Assembly: GCA_963726195.1 (NCBI GenBank)
Contig: CAVSBO010000016.1
Coordinates: 1-64,000, forward strand
Source: Candidatus Thorarchaeota archaeon
GTDB taxonomy: Archaea > Asgardarchaeota > Thorarchaeia > Thorarchaeales > Thorarchaeaceae
Reading direction: 5' to 3'
DNA length: 64,000 bases
The first letter of the stretch is position 1, and each line of letters starts with the position of its first letter. Both the position numbers and the translations under genes were made by a program. The notes beneath the pieces are model-generated. The model did no database searches, was not told where the DNA came from, and saw only the letters and a program-made list of their open reading frames with translations. Of the stretch, positions 29,263 through 37,644 are shown piece by piece.

Positions 29263-29514
29263 GTGCCGCTATTGCAGATTCTAAGCCCACTAACAGATTT
29301 CATCGGCGTAATCGCAGGCTACTTGGCAGACGTGTGGAGCTTCGTTGTATTCGTAGGCTCGGTCTCTTCGGTAATCGTGATTCTTGTGGGAGCAATACTC
29401 TGGTTCACCGATGTAAACCAAATGAGGGGAAAGGCACTCGTCCTTAGTGGAATAATCTTGGCCGTTGTCGTGCAGTACTTCATCATGTATCCACCCAACT
29501 TTCTGCTTGGATAG
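29263..29514 (+). CDS. Small two-TM membrane protein, TrbC/VirB2 pilin-like
   Basis: Amphipathic helix, TM, short basic linker (NQMRGKA), TM; TTTATA box upstream. Confidence 0.55.
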   Translation: MPLLQILSPLTDFIGVIAGYLADVWSFVVFVGSVSSVIVILVGAILWFTDVNQMRGKALVLSGIILAVVVQYFIMYPPNFLLG

Positions 29515-29648
29515 AAGCAATGAGTGATAGCTCAACCCCGAGCTGACAGGTCACCGTGAGAGCAATGCACTGCTGTGCACCGAAGTGTCTATAAGAAATG
29601 TCTATGGGGAGAAGTCTGCGTCAGTCTCGGCGAGCCGAGATTGGTCGT

Positions 29649-29758
29649 GGGCCCGTTGCCCAGCCAGGACAGGGCGCTAGCCCTCTATAGGCCATGTCTT
29701 CAGACAGGCTTCGTTGGAAAGCTAGAAGTCGCGAGTTCAAATCTCGCCGGGCCCGCCA
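29649..29758 (+). tRNA. tRNA-Arg(TCT) with a 32-nt intron at 37/38 (29688-29719); atypical C33
   Basis: Acceptor GGGCCCG/CGGGCCC-G-CCA, Arg-type D loop, CTAGC/GCTAG anticodon stem, TTCAAAT T loop. Confidence 0.8.
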
Positions 29759-29800
29759 CGACTCATTCTTGTTAATTCGTCTTTGGTGATGCTGCCACGC

Positions 29801-31525
29801 TCAACTCGACTGGAAAGACAAACACCTCTTGAACCAGTCAGGTAGCTCCATTGAAAGACGCTCTTCCATATGCTGCACGTCATGCCACGGTCCACCACTT
29901 TTCATGCTCGCAGCTCTTTTATCCCCAATTCCCGGCACTGCCTTCCATTGGGCTAGACTGGCATGATTGGGCATGAACGGATAGGGCAGAACGGTAACAG
30001 ATCTTGGTCCGTGGTCCACGACGAATACATCTGCTGCCTCGGATACTTCCTGCACCATTGGCATGTGACAAAGCAAAGGATAGGTAGCTAGCGGGCGAAG
30101 TAACTGAAGATTTCCCTCACGTTGTTCCGGGTATGCAGAATGGATGATTGTGCCAAAGGGAGCTACTCTTGCAATCATCACTTGATCGATTTGTTCTCTG
30201 ATTTCGTTTTTGTGTCGGATGAAATCATTGTGCTTCAGGCGCCCCTTCTCGGCCCGTGAGATTGGGGTGTCAGGAAACCTAATCACCTGTCTGATGTTGA
30301 TTCTCCTCACTACTAGACCCTCGGCTACCAGTTCCTGCAAGAACTCCATGTTGTACTCCAACGTCCGATTGCTCTCGCCCGGAAGACCGTAGAGCAGGTT
30401 AATTCCAGGAAGCAGGTGTGGAAGCTCCCAGTCTGGTCTCTGGCCGCCCACTTCATTCAGAATTCTAATCGCGGTCATGGCCTCGTCACTAGTAACCTTC
30501 AGGTTGTTCCGCCTCTTCACTTCGGGATCCAACGATTCGATACCGAACGCGGCGACATCTCCAACCGTATGGTACTTCATGATAATGCGGGTCACCTCCT
30601 TACTTTCCTCAGGATGTTCCGCAATCGTTCCCGGATTCACATTGTCGATATGCAGTACCTGCAGCTTTGGAGCAACGGCACGTATTCCAGAGAAGAGAGC
30701 CTCGATGACATGTGGGGCAGGAGTAGGAAACTCGGCCTCTCCCATTTCGCTGGAACCGTAGGTAAACAGATCTGCCTGTCTGCCGATTCGGAATGCCCTC
30801 ACGCCGTGGTTGTAGAGTGCCTCAATCTCTTTTACAATATCCTCGGGCTCACGTTGTGCTGGCAGTCCATAGAGGGGTTCAACACAGAAGGAACACCCAC
30901 CTGTTATGTAACGAGGACACCCTCTGTAGGTTTCGATTTCGCAGATGAGATAGCCTTTCGAGTGACCGGGATGTTGGTCTACAATTGCGCTTCCTCTAAC
31001 TGCGTATTCAGTGATGTCTTGAGGGCTGCTTCTGCTCTCGGCCAGATTGACAGCTGAGAAGTCCCAACCGTTTTCTACAGCCCTGCCGATTACTATCTCA
31101 GCGTCTCCTCGGACAATGTAATCGAATGGAGGAGACAGGACATCTGAGCCCAGAGCAAGCCTTCCGCCCTGCAGCCCGCAACCAAATCGTGCCCATGGGC
31201 CGACCAAGAGCTTTGGGACGTTGATCAATTCGGGTGCTGAGAACAACTCTCTTGCTTCCCTGACGGAGATTGGAGTCCCGCCGATGTACTTGCCCGGTAC
31301 GATCATTCCGGCAATCAGTATCACCGCTCCTGCATGAACCCAAGTGGAACGGATTTCGTCTTTGGCTTCTCGCAGCTGATCGATAGTCTGGTAGAGAATC
31401 TGGGTATGAGGAGACTGCGTCCATATCGCTCCTGCTATGTATCGGGGGTACGGACTGATGTAGGGCGGGACGCCTAGGCACGTGGGCTCATCGACATAGC
31501 CATCTACCATGACAATACGGTCCAG
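29801..31525 (-). CDS. Archaeal radical SAM protein with C-terminal helix-hairpin-helix (in frame with thiL in this sequence)
   Basis: DGYVDEPTCLGVPPYISPYPRY, ETYRGC..GGCSFC and VPGIGDKRA motifs. Confidence 0.85.
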   Translation of the reverse strand: MDRIVMVDGYVDEPTCLGVPPYISPYPRYIAGAIWTQSPHTQILYQTIDQLREAKDEIRSTWVHAGAVILIAGMIVPGKYIGGTPISVREARELFSAPELINVPKLLVGPWARFGCGLQGGRLALGSDVLSPPFDYIVRGDAEIVIGRAVENGWDFSAVNLAESRSSPQDITEYAVRGSAIVDQHPGHSKGYLICEIETYRGCPRYITGGCSFCVEPLYGLPAQREPEDIVKEIEALYNHGVRAFRIGRQADLFTYGSSEMGEAEFPTPAPHVIEALFSGIRAVAPKLQVLHIDNVNPGTIAEHPEESKEVTRIIMKYHTVGDVAAFGIESLDPEVKRRNNLKVTSDEAMTAIRILNEVGGQRPDWELPHLLPGINLLYGLPGESNRTLEYNMEFLQELVAEGLVVRRINIRQVIRFPDTPISRAEKGRLKHNDFIRHKNEIREQIDQVMIARVAPFGTIIHSAYPEQREGNLQLLRPLATYPLLCHMPMVQEVSEAADVFVVDHGPRSVTVLPYPFMPNHASLAQWKAVPGIGDKRAASMKSGGPWHDVQHMEERLSMELPDWFKRCLSFQSS

Positions 31526-31526
31526 C

Positions 31527-32518
31527 TCACTCCACTCCCTGAAGTCATCATAACCCTTCATTGGGATGGGAACGGGGCCCTTCGGGCTCTTCCAAGTCAC
31601 ACCGCTGCCATCTTGTGCGCGGCCAATCGGAATGAGCTCGGCATGGGTTCGTCTGGCGACAGATAGTGCCTTCTCCAATTTGTCTGCGGGCAGAGTAAGC
31701 ACCATACGAAACTCTTCTCCGCCGCGCATTATCAAATCGAGAAGACCGATGCTGTGCGCTTCTGCAAACTCAGTGACACCCTGCGCTACCGGAAGCTGGT
31801 CGATGTTGAACGCAAGATGAGAGTGAGAAGCCATTGTGTTAAGCGTGATTCCAAGGCCGTCGCTACTGTCCATTGATGCGGTGATTGCCCCTTCCCTCGC
31901 AAGCATTGGGACTAGGGTCAGGTCGAGTTCAGGCTTGTACGCCGCCGCGAGTGCTATCTCCCTCAGAGGATTTGGTGCTTCCAGGCCACCTAGTAGTATC
32001 TTGAACGCGACGGATGTTAACCCAAATGGCCCAGTTACTGCAATGATGTCGCCTTTCTTCGCTCCACCTCTCGGCACAATTCCGTTATGAGGTGCAGTGC
32101 CTAGTCCGACGCCAGTAAGAACGGTTCCGCAGGAGACGCCCATGTCACCACCAACGAAACTCATTGCACATTGTGTGCAGTACTGAGAGAAACCCCGAAT
32201 CATGTCCCGAACACCAGCTGCATCGCGGTCTCCCGGAACGCACAGCGACAGCATGCTTGCAACTGGAGTTGCACCTTTGGCTACGAGATCACTGATTACC
32301 ATGACCGCGGTCTTCCTCCCGACTTGAGCCTCCGTCATGCCAGGTAACCAATCGGACCCACTATTGAAAGCATCAACCTTGACAACCATGTGTGTTCCGC
32401 CGGGGAGAGGTATGTCTGATGCGTCATCATCAAATTCAAGTCGTGCGCCCTTTACTTGCTTGACCATGCTTGCTATACTCGCAAGAAAATCGCGCTCACC
32501 CACATCACGGATTGTCAA
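31527..32518 (-). CDS. thiL: Thiamine-monophosphate kinase
   Basis: GERDF, DDA, SDLVAKG, VGGD, MDSSDGL and GGEEF motifs. Confidence 0.9.
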
Positions 32519-32598
32519 GGACCATGCCTCCGCAACTTCCTACGCTGATTGATGATAAACCTTTATTAGAGAACCGGACGGGTCTTCGGCTTAGTCGG

Positions 32599-32710
32599 GC
32601 CTCCGTGGCTTAGTGGCTATAGCGTCCGCCTCGTAAGCTTTGCAGCAACACAACAGCCTGTAGGCCAAAACAGCGGAAAGTCGCGGGTCCAATTCCCGCC
32701 GGAGGCTCCA
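32599..32710 (+). tRNA. tRNA-Thr(CGT) with a 36-nt intron at 37/38 (32636-32671)
   Basis: Acceptor GCCTCCG/CGGAGGC-T-CCA; anticodon arm TCCGC-CT-CGT-A..A-GCGGA; TTTATTA promoter upstream. Confidence 0.9.
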
Positions 32711-33163
32711 TCTCAATTCTGAGCCTTGGTCCAATACCTGCAGCAGAATCGTCCATGGGCGGACTCAAGATACAGCCAGCACATTCTCAAGATTACTGGA
32801 CATGATTTCTGCACGCTTCATTAGCCTTTTAGGAGTTCAGACACCAATTCTCTAGAGGCGGGGGCGGAGGTGAAATGGAATGAAGCATAACAAGAAGGAA
32901 GAGCAGAAGAACAAGCGTGATAGACCACTCCCTCCTTTCGAGTGGTATGCAGCGGCCACAAGGTAGTCTGGTACTGCCTGACTGCGTGGCCAACCAATTG
33001 CATGTCTGAAATCTCGTTTTCTCTTGGATGGTCATGTTGATTTATCAACAGACGACGGGGTGGCATCCAGCAAAGGCTGCTGTCATGAAAGACCCCCGAC
33101 GACTGCCGAAAAGATAAAAAGTGCCGCACATGGCTCTCTGCTTGTTCAGGCATTCAATTCCTT

Positions 33164-33251
33164 GCGGAGGTTGCCAAGCCAGGTCAAAGGCGCAGGCCTG
33201 AGGCGCCTGTCTCGCAGGGGTTCGAGGGTTCAAATCCCTCCCTCCGCACCA
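33164..33251 (+). tRNA. tRNA-Leu(GAG), intronless
   Basis: Acceptor GCGGAGG/CCTCCGC-A-CCA; anticodon arm CAGGC-CT-GAG-GC-GCCTG; long variable arm. Confidence 0.95.
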
Positions 33252-33440
33252 GACTTCTTCATATTCAGACACTGTTTGTTAGTCAGCCCGAATGAAGCAC
33301 GAGTCTGATTCACTTGACCAGATTGAAATCAGAGGTATGCAATGTAGAACTGTCCTCTGAGCATGAAGAGAATGCGCCGTGGTGGTAGTTATAAAGGACA
33401 TACAGTATCTTGAAGGTGCAGCCCAAAGGAGCCTCAAGCC

Positions 33441-34454
33441 ATGGTCTCAGTAAAGATTGGAATAATCGGCGTCGGTAGCATGGGTCAGATACATGCGAGA
33501 GTGCTCGGAAACATGCGGGCACTCACTGCGGTCGCAGACAGTGATTTCGAGCGAGCAAAGAAAGTAGGCGCCACCTACAATGTGAAAGCGTTTGACAACT
33601 TTGAATCCATGATTGAGGATGCCGAACTGGACGCAGCCATAATATCTACTCCTACGCCCACACATGCGGCTATTGCAGAGAAGGTTGCCAAGAACTACGA
33701 CTCCATCAAGGGCCTTCTTATTGAGAAGCCACTTGCCAGCAATCTCGAGGACGCAATCAAGGTCGCAGGTCTGTTACGCTCGAAAGGTATCGCCGCTGTC
33801 GTCTCGCACTCCGAGGTTTACAATCCTGTGGTCGACAGAGCGCTATCTCTGATACAATCGGGTGCTATTGGTACCCCTAGGAACGTCATCCATGATAGAC
33901 GAGGCTTTGTCCTAGTATCCAGAATTCCTTCACTTGGAGATGTTCTCGAAGACATAGGCGTACACGACTTCGACATAATGGCTAGGATAAGCTCAGGTCG
34001 AGCCAAACTCTATGCTCAAGGCAATTCCGATGGGGGAATCCTAAACTCAGCTACGGTGATTATCAAGTTCGAAACGGGCACAGAGCATACCTTCCACCTG
34101 TCAAGGCAGTACGCAGGAAGAAGAAGATACATGGACATATCAGGTACCAAAGGAACGCTTGTGCTAGATTTGTTCGCTCAAATCATAACAGTACAGGACA
34201 TGGATCAGGCACCTTCTTCGGACAGTAGGACGCTACAACTCCCTGAGAGAGGCCTAACAATAAAGGCATATGGTGAACCAGTGCAGGAAGTGGTGAACGA
34301 CTTCTTGAAATGTGTGGAGACCAAGGCAGCCCCGAAGGTAGGACTTGAAGATGGCGTGGCGGCCCTACGCATTGTGGAGGCCGCAAGGGCCAGCACAAAA
34401 TCTGGGAAAGTCCTTGATATCACGGTTCAGGCCAGAGGTGCAGCCGTGAAATAG
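33441..34454 (+). CDS. Gfo/Idh/MocA family oxidoreductase
   Basis: IGIIGVGSMG, IEKPLA and DIGVHDFD motifs. Confidence 0.92.
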   Translation: MVSVKIGIIGVGSMGQIHARVLGNMRALTAVADSDFERAKKVGATYNVKAFDNFESMIEDAELDAAIISTPTPTHAAIAEKVAKNYDSIKGLLIEKPLASNLEDAIKVAGLLRSKGIAAVVSHSEVYNPVVDRALSLIQSGAIGTPRNVIHDRRGFVLVSRIPSLGDVLEDIGVHDFDIMARISSGRAKLYAQGNSDGGILNSATVIIKFETGTEHTFHLSRQYAGRRRYMDISGTKGTLVLDLFAQIITVQDMDQAPSSDSRTLQLPERGLTIKAYGEPVQEVVNDFLKCVETKAAPKVGLEDGVAALRIVEAARASTKSGKVLDITVQARGAAVK

Positions 34455-35722
34455 GTTCGATTAGCAGAGATTATGCGAACCTCCACGTCTTCGCCCAAGT
34501 GCAACGAATCGTGAATTACTATTCGTCGATATGCCCAGTTTCTGCAAACAACCCCGCCTTTTGGTCCAGCCTCAGTAGCAATCACGCGACCAGTCCAGCC
34601 AATCCAACAAGTGTTTGCCTTAAGAGCAGACTTAGCCACCACCGTTGACAACCTTCGGCTTCTTGCTTTCTTGATTGACGTGTCCACCTTTTCGGACGAC
34701 GCCAACGCCGGGGTGCCGGGACGGTCGCCATACTTCGATATGTTCACTATCTCAGGAGTCGTGCTCTGGATGATGTCAACGGTTTCCTGAAAATCATCGT
34801 CTGACTCTCCAGGGAACCCTACGATGATATCCGTTGCAAGCGTCGCGTGAGGAAAGGCCTTTTTGATGCCGTGCACGACAGACATCCAATCTGCTGCCAA
34901 GTAGTCGCGGCCCATTGCACGGAGCATTCGATCACTTCCTGATTGCAGAGGAACATGGAAGAACTTGAAGAAATGGTCGGATTGCATTACATCAAGCAGA
35001 TCATGCAGCTTGTCAGAAGCAAGATTCGGATTCAACATGCCGAGCCGGAAGAGGTGTCGACCTTCAATACCATCCAAGGTTCGTAGCAGTTCTACAATGT
35101 CCTCATTCGTATCATGTCCGAATGCTGAGGCATCTTGAGCTGTCAAGCGTATTTCGCGATATCCTTGATGTACACAACGCTCAATCACCTGCTGCAACTC
35201 AGATATCCTATAGCTCTTTACATGCCCTCGGGCAAATCTAACTGCACAATAGGTACAGTGACCAAGACATCCCTCACAAATCGGCACCGTGCACACAACA
35301 CTGCCGGACGGTCCTTCGAAGAAGCTCAGCTTTGATCCGGAGTCTGCTTCAAGATGAATGATACCCCGTTCGCCCTCAAGGACGCGCTTTACGATTGATT
35401 GAATTGAAGCTATTGACTGAGGACCAACAATAGCTGCAAACCGGGCATCTGCGCGTTTCACGCGTTCAAAGGATATCTTGGGCAGACATCCTGCGATAAC
35501 CAAGGGAATGCCCTCATGCGACAGTTCCTCAATTCTATAGACTATCCTGTCCTCTGTTCGCTCCTTCACGCCACAGGTGTTGATTATGAGAACGTCCGCC
35601 TCTCTTGGTAGCTCGATTCTGGTAGCTCCGATTCTTCGCAGCTGACTCATAATGAGGTCGGAGTCCGCAGAATTCAGAGAACAGCCATAGGTCTCGAGAT
35701 AGAACTTGGAGCCCACCTGCAT
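34427..35722 (-). CDS. mtaB: tRNA t6A37 methylthiotransferase (archaeal MtaB/CDKAL1-like)
   Basis: ETYGCSLN, INTCGVK, AGC, CLGHCTYC, TDIIVGFPGE motifs and a TRAM domain. Confidence 0.9.
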   Translation of the reverse strand: MQVGSKFYLETYGCSLNSADSDLIMSQLRRIGATRIELPREADVLIINTCGVKERTEDRIVYRIEELSHEGIPLVIAGCLPKISFERVKRADARFAAIVGPQSIASIQSIVKRVLEGERGIIHLEADSGSKLSFFEGPSGSVVCTVPICEGCLGHCTYCAVRFARGHVKSYRISELQQVIERCVHQGYREIRLTAQDASAFGHDTNEDIVELLRTLDGIEGRHLFRLGMLNPNLASDKLHDLLDVMQSDHFFKFFHVPLQSGSDRMLRAMGRDYLAADWMSVVHGIKKAFPHATLATDIIVGFPGESDDDFQETVDIIQSTTPEIVNISKYGDRPGTPALASSEKVDTSIKKARSRRLSTVVAKSALKANTCWIGWTGRVIATEAGPKGGVVCRNWAYRRIVIHDSLHLGEDVEVRIISANRTYFTAAPLA

Positions 35723-36004
35723 CTACCCACCCTGCACATGAGGCAAAACAGCAAGTTCGTCTCCAGCTTTTACTATTGTATCTTCTCCGGCAAGTGTGTC
35801 GATGTCTCTCTTATTCAGCAGTAATATTAGATTCCCAGACACACGATCCCCATCCATGATGTACCGTTCTAACTCAGGCCCACCTAGTGTGATGATTTTC
35901 TCAATGACGCTCCTAACTGTTGATCCCTCGGGTAGGTCGACTTCGACTATCTGTTTACCGAGAATTCCACGCAGCTGACCAAAGGACTTGAAAATGACAC
36001 GCAT
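35723..36004 (-). CDS. MoaD/ThiS/SAMP ubiquitin-like sulfur carrier
   Basis: Beta-grasp pattern ending GDELAVLPHVQGG. Confidence 0.9.
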   Translation of the reverse strand: MRVIFKSFGQLRGILGKQIVEVDLPEGSTVRSVIEKIITLGGPELERYIMDGDRVSGNLILLLNKRDIDTLAGEDTIVKAGDELAVLPHVQGG

Positions 36005-36025
36005 CCTGCTCGCCCCACTGCAGCT

Positions 36026-36397
36026 CTAGGTGGGCTTCCCTTGCAGAGATATCATCTCGTCCACCATCATACCCGCAGTCTTCACGGCCCCGTCAATCTC
36101 GTCCCGTGATGCTTTGTCCATGTGTATTCCGGCTACGACCGTCGTGACGACTCCAAAAGCATTGCATATCTTCTCTGCCGCTGAGTTGGCCACGACGTAG
36201 TCCTTGTGGCCGGGCACAGTTATTGAACTGAGGCTCACGGTTGTGTCCCCTCTATTCGGACTCTTTGTTGGATATGCAATTGAAACGGCACCTATGTGGT
36301 GCTCATCGCCACCATGAATCACGACCAAGATATCCCTGCCAATTGTGCTCGCATCCAGAACAATGGAGTGGCGCCCGACTTTCTTCTCGATTCTCAT
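36026..36397 (-). CDS. LpdD-like protein (prenylated-flavin chaperone / PAC4-like fold)
   Basis: GRDILVVIHGG..HIGAV, PGHKD and VVAGIH.D motifs. Confidence 0.7.
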   Translation of the reverse strand: MRIEKKVGRHSIVLDASTIGRDILVVIHGGDEHHIGAVSIAYPTKSPNRGDTTVSLSSITVPGHKDYVVANSAAEKICNAFGVVTTVVAGIHMDKASRDEIDGAVKTAGMMVDEMISLQGKPT

Positions 36398-36422
36398 TGC
36401 TACTAGAGTCTCCTCCGAATCT

Positions 36423-37489
36423 CTAATGCTTTCGCTGACATACTCCCACGGCCAAAGCCCGGGGTTTCAAGGTCTGCATCGTCCTTGCAGTTGCCTCTTG
36501 GGGCGTGCCAGTGCTGCCCTCCGACATATCCCTTTGTACGTCGGATCGAGAAATGCCTGTCTGACGCAACGCTATGTTGAACGAAGCGTTGACGTCGGCA
36601 TTCTCTACGTACCCGCACGTTGAACACCTGAAGCTTTTGCCGTTCCTGTTTCCTATATGGCCGCACCGGGAGCACATCTTGCTCGTGTATGCTGGCTCGA
36701 TACCGACTACAGCTACTCCTCGCAGCTTGGCTTTATACTCTACGAACCTTCGTAGCTGGTGGAAGGACCAACTGTTCAAGGAATAGTTGAACGACTTAAC
36801 ATGTTTCCTGTTCTTCCGGATACCTTGAAGCTGTTCGAACTTGATACCACATTCCGAAGCCTTGGCTATCTCGACTATCTTCCTGCTCATTTTGTGGTTC
36901 AGGTCACGCATGATGCGTCTCTCCCGGTCCTTAATCTTCTTGACCATGCCGTACTTCCCAAGTCTCTGGAGCCTTCGTCGGATGTTCCTGTGTTTCCTAT
37001 GGATATGCTGGCATTGTTTACCGAGCTTCCACACCTTGCCTGACTTTGGGTCGCCAACCACGACAGCGTGCCCCGTGGCGTTCAGGTCCACGCCGATGTA
37101 ATGCTTCGGCTCCACAATCTCCACTTCGGGTACCGTTACCGATATGTAGGCCCACTCCTCATCCAGCTCGATTTGGTTCAGGTGCTCAAAGTCTGGAACT
37201 GATAGGATAGAACCAGCTTCAGAGAAGCCACCATGATGATTCGTTTCTCATGGTCGGCCTTTATGCTCTGCGAGGGCACGATGAGGTTGACGTTCCGAGC
37301 TTTCTTGATGGTCTTGTTCCGACCGTATTTGCGGAGTATCTGGTTCGCTATTACGGATTTGAGACCAATATACTTCACATCCTTGCTCGTGAAGGTTCGA
37401 TACCTGATCGCATGGTCGGCCACCTGCTTCGCCTTTCTCAGCTCTTCTGAGAAGTCGCGGCCGTGCCTGACCTTGTACGTCAGTATCAT
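36423..37489 (-). CDS. tnpB: TnpB with a single -1 frameshift at about 37195
   Basis: MILTYKVRH..YQF / DFEHLNQIELD..GVDLN..KFEQL..CSRC..CSTC..NADVNASFNIA; colinear with TnpB #2. Confidence 0.88.
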
Positions 37490-37614
37490 TGATTCTTCTG
37501 CTCCTAGAAGTACTTCTTGGCGCTTACCATAAAAACCCACTATCTCTCTGTATGTCGACTACGTGTGCGAATTCTTCCCACGACTGAAGTCGTGAGCCTT
37601 CACCTGCTTTCATC
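36435..37614 (-). mobile_element. IS200/IS605-family element #3 (tnpB only, degraded tnpA tail), related to element #2
   Basis: LE: TCAC|..GAAG followed by hairpin CTCACGAC-TTCA-GTCGTGGG. RE ends CCGTGGGAGTATGTCAG, identical to element #2. Confidence 0.88.
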
Positions 37615-37644
37615 GTGATCTGCCGGAGCCACGACTGATACGAC

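Noticed and set aside
26816-29650. CRISPR array next to the Cas12-like gene
   Set aside because: Only two imperfect ~17-nt repeats 121 bp apart and a 10-nt tandem duplication are present; there is no regular repeat-spacer periodicity.
29677-29725. Amber suppressor (CTA) or Ser(GGA) reading of the tRNA at 29649
   Set aside because: The CTA register breaks the anticodon stem, and Ser needs a long variable arm. The acceptor, D loop and discriminator are Arg-type.
21640-29758. tRNA-Arg-integrated island with att duplications
   Set aside because: There is no integrase and no convincing duplicate of either tRNA end. GGCCCGCC at about 21712 is short and lies inside the giant ORF.
29801-32518. Apparent 905-aa ThiL-radical SAM fusion
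   Set aside because: The junction GAGTGGAGTGAGCTGGAC contains an out-of-frame TGA and an SD-like sequence. One lost G would restore a separate thiL stop, and indel errors are common in this window.
32821-33153. Short ORFs between tRNA-Thr and tRNA-Leu
   Set aside because: They have no family motifs, and the overlapping alternatives have no supporting RBS. Coding status cannot be supported.
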